From assembly GCA_965223295.1 (NCBI GenBank), contig CBDCWC010000003.1, positions 480,001-544,000 of the forward strand: a stretch of 64,000 bases of DNA, in the 5' to 3' direction. The stretch is from Nitrospirales bacterium. GTDB taxonomy: Bacteria; Nitrospirota; Nitrospiria; Nitrospirales; UBA8639. Position 1 is the stretch's first letter; each line of letters begins with the position of its first letter. Positions 30,464-40,370 of this stretch are shown in pieces. The translations under genes were made by a program, and so were the position numbers. The notes beneath the pieces are model-generated. The model did not search any database. It was not told the DNA's origin and saw only the letters and a program-made list of their open reading frames with translations.

Positions 30464-31270
30464 TTAGAAGCAGTGCTTCCTGACAAAAAGAAATGCGGCT
30501 ACTCCGGTTCCGAGCAAGAGCAAAGAACTCGGTTCAGGGACAGCCGTATTAGCCGAGGGAGTCATTGTTGGAAAATCTGGCACGCCTGCAGGGGTATTTG
30601 GCCCCTGGATAGAGGGAGGAAGAGGAAATGCAAATTGATCAGTGTCGACAGAAAAGGAAAACTGTTGCCCTTGCCCTAATGAACCTCCATTCAAGAACTC
30701 CATGTTCAGGGTTCCAAACAAATCACCACAAGGCTCAGCAACTCCATCTTGAATACAGTTTGTGTCTCCTTCGAGTACCACTGGCTCAGAAAAGGTGGCC
30801 TGTACATCCAATCCTGCGTCTTCACTCAGCAACGTTAAAACTGAGCCAAACCCAGAGGCTTCAGTGACCATAGGATCGTCAACAATGTCAAAGACGGTGT
30901 TTCCAGAAATTCCATCTATGGAAAACCCAACAACCTCATTCTCTGATTGATTGGTGAATGTCCATGGAGTGCCTAGCTTCGTATCCCCGGCTTGTATAAA
31001 GGACCAGCTTGATTGTTGTACACCGCCACTCGTAGTGCCAATTTCGTTCCAGGTTCCCGTTGTTGTGGTATTATCAACAAAAAAGATTGTTAATCCAATT
31101 CCACCCATCTCATTCCCGGTAATATTAATATCAATCAGCCCTGTGGCAGTTTTTGGATTACTCAAATCTTCCAGAACCGTAAGACTATCAGCCCAGACCT
31201 GAGATAACCCGATCGGGCCTAACACCAAACTAAAAATAAGTGCTGAAAAAACATTCCATTTACGTGCCAT
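30464..31270 (-). CDS. PEP-CTERM sorting-domain surface protein
   Basis: Signal peptide (VWA); C-terminal VPEPSSLLLLGTGVAAFLFVRKH. Confidence 0.92.
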   Translation of the reverse strand: MARKWNVFSALIFSLVLGPIGLSQVWADSLTVLEDLSNPKTATGLIDINITGNEMGGIGLTIFFVDNTTTTGTWNEIGTTSGGVQQSSWSFIQAGDTKLGTPWTFTNQSENEVVGFSIDGISGNTVFDIVDDPMVTEASGFGSVLTLLSEDAGLDVQATFSEPVVLEGDTNCIQDGVAEPCGDLFGTLNMEFLNGGSLGQGQQFSFSVDTDQFAFPLPPSIQGPNTPAGVPDFPTMTPSANTAVPEPSSLLLLGTGVAAFLFVRKHCF

Positions 31271-31463
31271 GGCTACGCTCTCTGCTTGTTATTAAAGGAA
31301 TAAGATAAAAAAGATCATATCCATTTTGCATAAAATAAAGCAAACAATATCCTCACTGTCCTGGGCTTTGCTTATTTTCTCCAAACCCAAAAATTTGAGT
31401 TTATAACTGCCAAAATGAAAAAAGTATGCGTTATCAACAGTTTATGAAAATAATTATAGAACA

Positions 31464-34202
31464 CTACTGAATTTGAATACTTCCGCCCTGCTGGACTTCT
31501 AGAATCGCAGACCCTGGTGTCACATTAACCGAATTGACACTGCCATCGGCAAAGGTTCCTGCATCAACAAAAGGGTTAAATCCCGATGGAGCACTGAAGT
31601 TGGCTGGATCTCCAGCAACCATTAAACTTGGGTCAGAAAATGGAGCAAAACATCCCCCAGCGCTACACAAGTTATTGGAGACATTCACCATATTGGTCCC
31701 GCCACCAAAGTCCACCAAAGAACCTCCAGCCAAGGAGAATAAAGATCCTGCTCCAGTCACACTCACAAAGACTCCATTAATATTCGCCGTACTATTTCCT
31801 TGCAAGGATAATAAGGCTCCATTGGTGACTAATAACTGTGCCCCATCAGCCACAGTAAATAGATTCCCATTGGCCGTGAAAGCACTCGCATCCAGCCGAA
31901 CCAAGGCATCTCCAGTGACAAGGTTCGCGACAACTTTGGCGTTTTTCCCTCCAATTTGCCCAAAATCTGAAGTCGTTTCCATAGTTCCCTGAATCATTGC
32001 TAAAATCGGAGAGGACGCTTCTAAGAGGGCTTGATCCAAGACCCCGGTCTGTCCAGCAGAAGCGGTGGATGCAACCACAACTCCCGTTTCAACCTCGGCA
32101 GTACTATCGATTATCTCCATGATCGGAGGAGTATCTGGACGGACAATATTATTGCCATTGGTGCCTTTTCCTATGACCGGGGAATTTTGAGGCCCGGTCA
32201 ACTGCGAATCCACAATGGCGAGTAATGATGTGGAAACAGATTGATTTGCAGACGGTTGAATTCGACTACCATCCAAAAGGGCTAAGCCTCTGTCTTCTAA
32301 GCGGACAATCGCTGGATCTCCAGGACTTCCTGTGAAGGATAAGGCCGAACTCTCTACGGTTGTTCCGACAACGGACCCTGTCCCTGAAAATGCGCTTGCC
32401 GTGGATTGTTGTCGAGCTAAGGATACAGCCGTGTTTACCAATACAACTCCAGTATTTAGCCCAACCTCTCGAGTTGCGCCAGGGAGTCCTAGTGCAGGGT
32501 CAATTGTGGAAGAACTTCTTGCCTGAATACTGCCATCAATCCCAGCATCGCTCTCTGGATTTCCAAAGGTTCCTTGATCCCCTACAGCCAAAATAATTTC
32601 AAAACAGTCTAAGAGAGATGAGCATGATTCGACTGCACCACCCTCAGGGACAATATCATCCAAATTAGCATTGGGACTAATGGATGTCGATCGGGCAAAT
32701 TGAGCAATCTGGCGAGCTTGACTTTCCCGGTCCAGCCCTTCAACCCCAAGCTGAATGGCCGGAGATGCAGGTTGATTAAAACTTGTGAATTGAAGTGGGA
32801 GTTTTTGATTAGAAGGAGCGGCTCCTCCAGTCGGGGATAGCGAACTCACGACCAAGCTACTCGTCGGTGGGATTCCCTGATGCGGGGCATCCGCTCTGAT
32901 TCCACTATCAACCATCACTAATTCCTTGTTCGCCACAAAATTGCTGTCGAGAAATAACAACGAACCAATTCCGCCACTAACACCTAGTGGTGGCACTAAA
33001 GTTGCGAGACTTTGCACATTTGAACTCGGGCTAGGACTGCCCCCCGACCCACTTCCCCCCGGTCCTCCTAAAGGTGGCATACCTCCACCAACATTGGGTC
33101 CTGGACTGACTCCATCGAAGCCCGCACAAAATTCTGGAGTCCCAGTACACGGCAAAATGCCAGGATCAGGAGAAAGTCCTCCAGGTGCATTGGCCCCTTG
33201 AATCGCTCCAGCTAAGGAAAGACCCGTTGTCGCTAAAATAATATCTTCATCCACTTCACCTTTATCAGCTTCCGAACCGAGCAAGGCTTCTTCCAATGCT
33301 AATGCCTGCTTCATCTGTTTTTTGGCAATCTGTTTTTTGGCCGACTCGGGAATTTCACAATGTTGACCCACCGCACAGATTGCACGCCAATCAGCTATCT
33401 GAGACTGATCACCCATCGCCCGCAATGCTCCATTAAAAAACCCAACACATTGCCCGGCAGGAACCTCTTTCTGCTCCAAAATTCCATTTTGTGCCCCGGG
33501 ATACTCGACCTGCAAAGAACCCTCTCTAACACAAAATGTCTCCAAGAGAGCCACATTTTCAACTGAAGATGATTGCGCCAGGAGACTAGTGCGAACCACA
33601 AAAGATTTATGTGGCTGGGAGGGCTTTGCTGACTCTCCTAAGGTTGGCTGTACTTCCGCAGTAACCAACCCACCCTGAGTTATGGCACGAACATTGGGAG
33701 TAGAAAGCGTAAGTGGAGTACTGGATGTTCCTTTTAGTGGTTGAGACCATTCTGCTGCTCCTACATTTAACATCACAGAAAGCCCGTCTTCAGTCTGTTG
33801 CCTTAAAACAGCCTCAGAATATTCCTGCAAGGTGATAATGCCTTGGTTTCCCAATAGCAGCTCAGCAACTGATTCTTCTTCCGTGGCAATCACATCGCCA
33901 CCCTCAAGAAGCGACCGGTATTTCGGTGCATACCCGGGCCTATTATTGGTTCCTGGAGTTACAGTTACCACGCCCCGTAACCCAGCAATAATAGTTTGGG
34001 TATCTAACGCCTCTTGAGCAAGAGCTTCGAATGTTGGAAGAGCTGCTATCCATGACGGTCCAATAATTTGAAGGGCAACCAAGAACGATAGAAGAATTTT
34101 GTAGCGAATCATAGAGTTTCCTGGGGTTCTTGTATTCATAGGATTTTTTAAACCTTTTGAGGGTGAGGCAAAAAAGTGTCCGTCCTTCTGTGAAAAATAC
34201 AT
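31464..34202 (-). CDS. Large exported protein: N-terminal FecR-like domain, Gly/Pro linker, beta-rich C-terminus (true start probably 34139 or 34112)
   Basis: L.EGGDVIATEEESVAELLL...ITLQEYS...STPNVRAITQG...FCVREGSLQV matches the FecR pattern by eye. Confidence 0.7.
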   Translation of the reverse strand: MYFSQKDGHFFASPSKGLKNPMNTRTPGNSMIRYKILLSFLVALQIIGPSWIAALPTFEALAQEALDTQTIIAGLRGVVTVTPGTNNRPGYAPKYRSLLEGGDVIATEEESVAELLLGNQGIITLQEYSEAVLRQQTEDGLSVMLNVGAAEWSQPLKGTSSTPLTLSTPNVRAITQGGLVTAEVQPTLGESAKPSQPHKSFVVRTSLLAQSSSVENVALLETFCVREGSLQVEYPGAQNGILEQKEVPAGQCVGFFNGALRAMGDQSQIADWRAICAVGQHCEIPESAKKQIAKKQMKQALALEEALLGSEADKGEVDEDIILATTGLSLAGAIQGANAPGGLSPDPGILPCTGTPEFCAGFDGVSPGPNVGGGMPPLGGPGGSGSGGSPSPSSNVQSLATLVPPLGVSGGIGSLLFLDSNFVANKELVMVDSGIRADAPHQGIPPTSSLVVSSLSPTGGAAPSNQKLPLQFTSFNQPASPAIQLGVEGLDRESQARQIAQFARSTSISPNANLDDIVPEGGAVESCSSLLDCFEIILAVGDQGTFGNPESDAGIDGSIQARSSSTIDPALGLPGATREVGLNTGVVLVNTAVSLARQQSTASAFSGTGSVVGTTVESSALSFTGSPGDPAIVRLEDRGLALLDGSRIQPSANQSVSTSLLAIVDSQLTGPQNSPVIGKGTNGNNIVRPDTPPIMEIIDSTAEVETGVVVASTASAGQTGVLDQALLEASSPILAMIQGTMETTSDFGQIGGKNAKVVANLVTGDALVRLDASAFTANGNLFTVADGAQLLVTNGALLSLQGNSTANINGVFVSVTGAGSLFSLAGGSLVDFGGGTNMVNVSNNLCSAGGCFAPFSDPSLMVAGDPANFSAPSGFNPFVDAGTFADGSVNSVNVTPGSAILEVQQGGSIQIQ

Positions 34203-34517
34203 TAAATACGCTTAAGGGTTTCTATCAAATTCATCAACTTCATGTCCATTACACGAAAGAGGGGACTGTATTATGAGTTCCTCTTCTTTCCTCGCACGTT
34301 CCACCCATTTGCTGGATCACCCAATATGAACTGTTTGATTTTACATCATTACACTTAGGTTTTTCATCTACTCCTTTACAAAAAACCTGTTGGAAATTTT
34401 GAGAATACATTTCTCTGTTCGATGAAATTTTTCGATTAATCGAGGCACGATTCAATTCTTCTCCCCGTACCACCGACATAACTAAACATATTTATTTTTT
34501 AAATTTTCTTATATCTC

Positions 34518-34889
34518 GTGATGGACAAAATAAAGAAAACATGCCCTGCAATCTTGAAAGGGCTTTTCATTCTAGGCGGGATTTGGCTCTGCGGACTGAA
34601 CCTTACTGGTTGCACTCAGCAAGGCCGGTATATGGAAACCCATGAGATTTCCAATCTAAAAGTCGTCTTTTTAGATACGGCCAGTTTGCAGGATTTGTGG
34701 GAATCCAAGACGGGAGAACCTGGCACTCAATTTCAGCCCTGGCTTCGCGGAGATTTAGCCTCAGTCAAAACGGTTCGAGGATTTTACGATTTTTCGACCG
34801 AAACCTTATATTGCCCAAAATGGAATTATGAGGTGTGTGGACACGAACTCCATCACGCGGCTTTAGGCCATTTTCATTCCAACAAATAA
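34518..34889 (+). CDS. Small lipoprotein with HExxH motif
   Basis: Lipobox LTGC; CGHELHHAALGHFH. Confidence 0.65.
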   Translation: MMDKIKKTCPAILKGLFILGGIWLCGLNLTGCTQQGRYMETHEISNLKVVFLDTASLQDLWESKTGEPGTQFQPWLRGDLASVKTVRGFYDFSTETLYCPKWNYEVCGHELHHAALGHFHSNK

Positions 34890-34932
34890 CCTCATCAATA
34901 ATAACCCTGTCCGGGACCTTACTTTTTTTCGA

Positions 34933-35496
34933 TTACTCCTCAGCTGCCGACTGAGATGCCTCGATCAAAAAGGGCGCCAACTCCTTATACCTTCCTCGTA
35001 GGATCCCCGTATCGTGATCCCACGCCTCGAGAAAGATCGCAAATCGCGCTTTGTCGTAAGTCCCTGGCATCCAAGCCATCGCAAAGAGATTTCCCTCATC
35101 CGCCCAGTACAACTGCATGACCGAAAGTTGCTTAGCCAAGGAATTGGTCACTTGATAGCGAGATTCTTCATCCGGTTGCGGTGGTTTTCCAGGAAATCCC
35201 GTTTGCACCCGGATCCCTCCATACGCATAGGTCAAAAATAAGTGGATCTTGGAAGAATGCTTCGCCCGTATCCCGGCTTCAACCAGATCACATTCGTAAC
35301 CAGAGAATTCTAAATGCTCGATAAGAGGGTCTTTCTTTGGAAACGAGGGTTCGGAGGATTCGGCCTGGACTCCAGAACAGCCAAAAAAGAACAGAACACT
35401 GCACACTAACACCGCGATGTTCTTAGCTTGTTTTCGACCGTCGCGAGATACATGAAGGTTCCATCTATTTGGCACAATCACCGAATTCCTCATCAA
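34933..35496 (-). CDS. Exported hypothetical protein, possibly YbjN-like fold
   Basis: Hydrophobic signal FFFGC; HLEFSGYE...LYWADEGNL...YDKARFAIFLEAW. Confidence 0.55.
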   Translation of the reverse strand: MMRNSVIVPNRWNLHVSRDGRKQAKNIAVLVCSVLFFFGCSGVQAESSEPSFPKKDPLIEHLEFSGYECDLVEAGIRAKHSSKIHLFLTYAYGGIRVQTGFPGKPPQPDEESRYQVTNSLAKQLSVMQLYWADEGNLFAMAWMPGTYDKARFAIFLEAWDHDTGILRGRYKELAPFLIEASQSAAEE

Positions 35497-35770
35497 AGCA
35501 CCCTCATAGAAAAACTCACGGCAAGGTATTTTTTGGCGGTTTTCATGTCCTCTCTACCTCTATCCACAACCCAAAAAGCCTCTTGACAACCTGTCAAACT
35601 TCCATTCCAAAATTGACAAATCTCCCCGAATCCTTGTAAACCCTTGTTCTCATTGTAAACATCGGTCTAAGCTATGTAAATTTTTCGCTTTCAGGACATT
35701 CGTCACCCGATGAGCGCCTAACATCATCATGCAACAATAACCTTCTACATTTTTCTTCTCAAACAGGAAA

Positions 35771-37444
35771 TTGGTTATGCACAATTCTCGCCTTCAACAG
35801 TTATTTTGTTTCCTCTTCACTTTTCTCGTTTTAAGCCCGGTCAGCGTAGGAACCCCCACGGCATGGGCACAACGGGCAGACGCTAACGTTTTAGCCGCCA
35901 ATGCCGCCATTGCTTATGACGATAAACAATACGATAAAGCCTTAGCGCTCCTTGACCAGGCCATTGCCCTTGACCCCCAACATGAACGCAGTCTGTTCTA
36001 CAAAGGGTTAGTGCATCTTGCACAAAAAGACCCACAAAAGGCGATTGTCTCATTGGAAACCGCGCATCAAATTCGCCCAGACGATCTGGACATTCAACAT
36101 CATCTGGGCGTGGCCTATTTTGCGGCAGGAGAATATGACAAAGCCCAGCCATTTCTTGAGACCACTTACCAACACGATCCTTCTTCCGACAACATCGGAT
36201 ATTACGTGGGATTTCTCCGATATCGAGATAAGAAATATGGGGAGTCCGTCGAGGCTTTTGATAGTAATCAGTCATCTGATCCCGACATCCGGCAATTAAG
36301 CGCTTTTTATCGAGGCTTAGCCCTCGGAGTTTTAGGACTTCCCGGTGAAGCATTAACAGAACTCGAACAGGTCCAGCGCACTCAAGCCATATCTCCACTC
36401 ACCCAATCGTCTATCCGTATTCGTGAAGCTCTGTCAGCGGGTCAAATTTTTGGTACAGAAAAACGATTTCGGTTCCAAGTCAGCGCAGGCATCTTCTATG
36501 ACGATAATGTCCCGATCAACCCAGACCGGGTGAACACGATTCCTGTCCTGAATCCTCCTAATGATCCCAACGTTGTCATCGATAATCTTCGCCGTCGAAA
36601 AGACTCCACGCTAGGATTCTTGGCTTCCGCACGCGCTGACTATTCAGTCTTCAGACAAGGCCCCTATGAGGCCACGGCCACCTATTCGTTTTTTCAAACG
36701 GTCAACGGCAGCGGACTAGATGCATTTAATGTGCAGAACCACCTCGTCGGAGCCGCGGGATTTTATCGAGGTGTTGCTCTCGATTTCCCGTATCAATTAG
36801 GGCTACAGTATACCTATGACTATGTCTTTCTAGACGGAGACGGCTTTCTCTCCCGTCATACTCCCACTCTCAGTGCAACGGTACTGGGACCAACGGCGAC
36901 CATGCCTGGCCTTGGTGTTGTAGGAAATTTAACCACATTCTTGTATCGCTACCAGAAACAGACGTTTTTCCGCGAAGCAGGGAATACAGACGAACGATTC
37001 AAAGGTGATCTTCGCGATGGATACAACAATATGTTGGGCGTGATTCATGCCTTTCGTCTCGCAAATGATAAGCTGCTGCTTCGTCTCGGTTATCAATATG
37101 ACAACCAAGTGACTGACGGTGTGACGTTCGCCTACCGAGGCCACCGTTTGCTAACTGGGGCACAAGTCCAGCTACCCTGGGGCAAAATGTCGCTGCGCTA
37201 TGATTATGATGTTCATTGGCGCAACTATAAGAATAAGCAAACCACCTTATTTTTTACCGACAGGGATGGGAAACTATCCAAACGAGACGACATTCAGCAG
37301 ACTCATCTCGTGCAACTCACGAAACCACTCCCCCATAATTTTTCACTGACCGCGCAGTATCAAGGAATCCGTAGTGAATCAAGCATTCCCCTCTATGATT
37401 ATTCTAAAAATGTATACAGTTTGATTCTCACTTGGACTTACTAG
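35771..37444 (+). CDS. TPR + C-terminal outer-membrane beta-barrel (Slam/DUF560-like)
   Basis: Signal peptide, several TPRs, barrel starting GIFYDDNV, ending SESSIPLYDYSKNVYSLILTWTY. Confidence 0.78.
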   Translation: MVMHNSRLQQLFCFLFTFLVLSPVSVGTPTAWAQRADANVLAANAAIAYDDKQYDKALALLDQAIALDPQHERSLFYKGLVHLAQKDPQKAIVSLETAHQIRPDDLDIQHHLGVAYFAAGEYDKAQPFLETTYQHDPSSDNIGYYVGFLRYRDKKYGESVEAFDSNQSSDPDIRQLSAFYRGLALGVLGLPGEALTELEQVQRTQAISPLTQSSIRIREALSAGQIFGTEKRFRFQVSAGIFYDDNVPINPDRVNTIPVLNPPNDPNVVIDNLRRRKDSTLGFLASARADYSVFRQGPYEATATYSFFQTVNGSGLDAFNVQNHLVGAAGFYRGVALDFPYQLGLQYTYDYVFLDGDGFLSRHTPTLSATVLGPTATMPGLGVVGNLTTFLYRYQKQTFFREAGNTDERFKGDLRDGYNNMLGVIHAFRLANDKLLLRLGYQYDNQVTDGVTFAYRGHRLLTGAQVQLPWGKMSLRYDYDVHWRNYKNKQTTLFFTDRDGKLSKRDDIQQTHLVQLTKPLPHNFSLTAQYQGIRSESSIPLYDYSKNVYSLILTWTY

Positions 37445-37977
37445 CCCTTCTTCTTGAGTACCCGGTGACCTAAGAGCCAGACGGTCACCGGGATTCCTAT
37501 CCAAACTAACTCGCTGAAAATCACACCTAAGCCCGACGACGAAAAAAATTCTGATACCCCTATGGGAGACACAGCAATGGGTCTCCAGGGGAAAAAATAT
37601 CGTGTGCCATCAAATGGCGCTAAAAAGGCAATGCCCAGCCCTCCATTCGTCAACGCATCCAGCAGACCATGAGAGAGGGTAACAAGGCCGAAAAAGAGAG
37701 CCAGGATGCCATATCGACGGTTTCGCCAGGACAATGCTGGCACCACTATTCTCGGAACGATGATCCCGACGAACATCGCAAAAAAAATGGAATGGGTGAT
37801 CCCTCGATGGCCCAACATGTGTTTGTAAGGAATTCCCAGCACGAATCCAACAACATCAGCATCGGGTAAGACAGAGCACAAGGCCGTCAGCACCCAAAAC
37901 CGAGGAGAATACCATGCAGGGTCCAGGGTTTTGCCCATGGCATACGCCACGGCAATATGTCCAAACGCTGAAGCCAT
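37441..37977 (-). CDS. YdjM-family membrane-bound metal-dependent hydrolase
   Basis: GH...LPDAD...HRGITHS...SHGLLDALT. Confidence 0.9.
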   Translation of the reverse strand: MASAFGHIAVAYAMGKTLDPAWYSPRFWVLTALCSVLPDADVVGFVLGIPYKHMLGHRGITHSIFFAMFVGIIVPRIVVPALSWRNRRYGILALFFGLVTLSHGLLDALTNGGLGIAFLAPFDGTRYFFPWRPIAVSPIGVSEFFSSSGLGVIFSELVWIGIPVTVWLLGHRVLKKKG

Positions 37978-38015
37978 CTAAAATAGTCCCTCTGCAATCC
38001 TTCCTGATATCATCA

Positions 38016-38156
38016 GGGCACCTCTAAAAACTGATGATTTTTTCTGATGGCAAGGAAGCCGCGCGCGGAAAACCCCAGTGTATGGGCCAATACATGAGAA
38101 TTTGAGCACGCCGCTGACGCCACGATCGGGAAAAAGGACAGTTTTTAGAGATGCCC
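38016..38156. mobile_element. MITE-like element with 18-bp terminal inverted repeats and a family-A-related core
   Basis: GGGCACCTCTAAAAACTG...CAGTTTTTAGAGATGCCC (one mismatch). Confidence 0.75.
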
Positions 38157-38239
38157 ATAAATATTCTGAATGGCATCAACCGATGTAAAAATGGATTTCC
38201 CCAATTAAGCAAAAACTGGAAGACAGCACCCTCACAACC

Positions 38240-40201
38240 ATGCTCTCAAGCATTCGCAACCTTTGCAAACGCAGGCACTCTGGCCAATTCATATCTTCAT
38301 TGCCATCTACAGTAACTAGTGGTTCCCTTTTGCTGGTATTCAGCCTATTCATAGGCTGCTCCCCGATTGCTAAAGATTCTACCGATCAACCAGACTCGCC
38401 CCCGGACTCAACCCATCACGCGAAACAATCCGAAAACCATTCATGGAACCGTACTTCGCAGTATCTCACGATGCGGGATGGCGTCAAGATTGCCGTAGAC
38501 CTCTACTTACCTGGCGGCCTCCAGCCTGGACAACAGATCCCCACCATCATCCATCAAACGCGCTATTGGCGAGCTATCGAATATCGCTGGCTCTTTGGAC
38601 TCTTTAAAGATGTCCGCCCTCGGGGGACAATGGGAAATTACGCCGAGCAATTTTTACGGCACGGCTATGCCTGGGTAGATGTGGATGTGCGTGGATCCGG
38701 AGCCTCGTTCGGCACACGGCCTATCGCCTATTCTCCAGCGGAAATTCGAGATGGCGCCGAAATTGTCGATTGGATTATTGCTCAACCATGGTCAAATCAA
38801 AAAGTTGGAGCCATGGGCATTTCCTACAGCGGCGGAGCAGCAGAGATGCTACTCGTTAACCAACATCCCGCAGTCAAAGCAGTCGCCCCTATGTTCTCTG
38901 GATTCGACTTGTATTCCGAAATCGCCTTTCCAGGCGGCATCCATTTGAAGTGGTTTACCGAAACTTGGACGTATATCAATGACCAGCTCGACCACAACAA
39001 ATTACCTTTTGCCGGATGGATGATCAATCTGATTGTGCAAGGCGTCCACCCGGTTGATGATGACCCTGACCATCAACTACTCACTATGGCCGTGAAAGAA
39101 CATGAAGCAAACTGGAGTCCTTTTCACGAAGCCTCTGGCCTCACTTTTCGAGACGACTCCCCGCCTTCTCGACAAGCTCCGACCATTGATGCATTGAGCC
39201 CCAAAACCTATACAAAAGAAATTGCCCAGTCTGGCGCCGCGATTTATAGCTATAGCGGATGGTTTGATGGAGGGTATAGCTTGGCCGCCATCAAGCGGCA
39301 TCTGCATCACAAGAACCCTAACAATCAACTCATCCTAGGCCCCTGGGACCATGGCGGCAAGCGTCAGATTAGTCCCTACACGATAGGACCAGCAACATTT
39401 GATCACCCTCAAAAACTCATCCAATTTTTCAATCGACATCTTAAAGACAATCATTCTGGCATGCATCGTGACAAACCTATTCAGTATTACACGATGGGAG
39501 CTGAACGATGGACGACCACAACGCAGTGGCCTCCACCATCCATACCCACACATTTCTTTTTCCGTGCGAACAGCAAACTTTCCAGGGTACGACCACCAAA
39601 GGATTCCCTAACTGACCGCTATCATGTCAATCCCACCGCAGGAACCGGCCCACATTCCCGATGGAACACCCTGGTCGGCATTCCTTTGGAAAACCCTTAT
39701 CCGGACCGCCAGAAACAAGACAAAAAGCTGCAGCTCTATACAACCAAGCCGCTTCAAGAAGACTTGGAAGTGACAGGGCATCCTGTGGCTACAGTCTACC
39801 TCTCAGCCAATACCACAGATACCACGCTCTTTGTGTATCTGGAAGATGTCACACCAGACGGACAGGTGCATTATGTCACAGAAGGTGAGCTACGAGCCTT
39901 GCACCGAAATTGGCAGCCTGTCGAAACCAACACAGAACCTCTGCTATCAATTCCAAACCGCACCTATCGACGAGCCGATGCTGCGCCTCTCATTTCGGAC
40001 GAAGTGGCTCCCTTGACCCTGGACCTACTCCCCGTCTCGTACCAATTCAAAAAAGGCCACCGCATCCGTATTGCGTTAGCAGGAGCCGACAACGATCACT
40101 TTCAACAGCTAGATGGTCCACCACCAACCTGGAAAATCCGGCACACCCCCAACCACCCCTCACACGTCACACTGCCTATTGTTCCAATTTCATGCAATTG
40201 A
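38240..40201 (+). CDS. CocE/NonD family serine hydrolase, likely lipoprotein
   Basis: MRDGVKIAVD, DVRGSGASFG, GISYSG, GWFD, GPWDH. Confidence 0.92.
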   Translation: MLSSIRNLCKRRHSGQFISSLPSTVTSGSLLLVFSLFIGCSPIAKDSTDQPDSPPDSTHHAKQSENHSWNRTSQYLTMRDGVKIAVDLYLPGGLQPGQQIPTIIHQTRYWRAIEYRWLFGLFKDVRPRGTMGNYAEQFLRHGYAWVDVDVRGSGASFGTRPIAYSPAEIRDGAEIVDWIIAQPWSNQKVGAMGISYSGGAAEMLLVNQHPAVKAVAPMFSGFDLYSEIAFPGGIHLKWFTETWTYINDQLDHNKLPFAGWMINLIVQGVHPVDDDPDHQLLTMAVKEHEANWSPFHEASGLTFRDDSPPSRQAPTIDALSPKTYTKEIAQSGAAIYSYSGWFDGGYSLAAIKRHLHHKNPNNQLILGPWDHGGKRQISPYTIGPATFDHPQKLIQFFNRHLKDNHSGMHRDKPIQYYTMGAERWTTTTQWPPPSIPTHFFFRANSKLSRVRPPKDSLTDRYHVNPTAGTGPHSRWNTLVGIPLENPYPDRQKQDKKLQLYTTKPLQEDLEVTGHPVATVYLSANTTDTTLFVYLEDVTPDGQVHYVTEGELRALHRNWQPVETNTEPLLSIPNRTYRRADAAPLISDEVAPLTLDLLPVSYQFKKGHRIRIALAGADNDHFQQLDGPPPTWKIRHTPNHPSHVTLPIVPISCN

Positions 40202-40370
40202 CTTTCCCTTCTGTTTTTCCTCTCCCTTTTAAGGAAGAGGATGAAAGTGAGGGTAAAGGCTCTCCAAAAACTGTTCAACTCTTGAATAGCAGCCGTACCT
40301 ATTGAACATATCTTGTGCCAAAACTAGGCGACCAATCTTGCACCCTATTTTCTTGAGGTATAATGTTCCT

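Noticed and set aside
31338-31355. Sigma-54 promoter for the PEP-CTERM gene
   Set aside because: Best candidate has GG-N9-GC spacing and lacks TGGCA.
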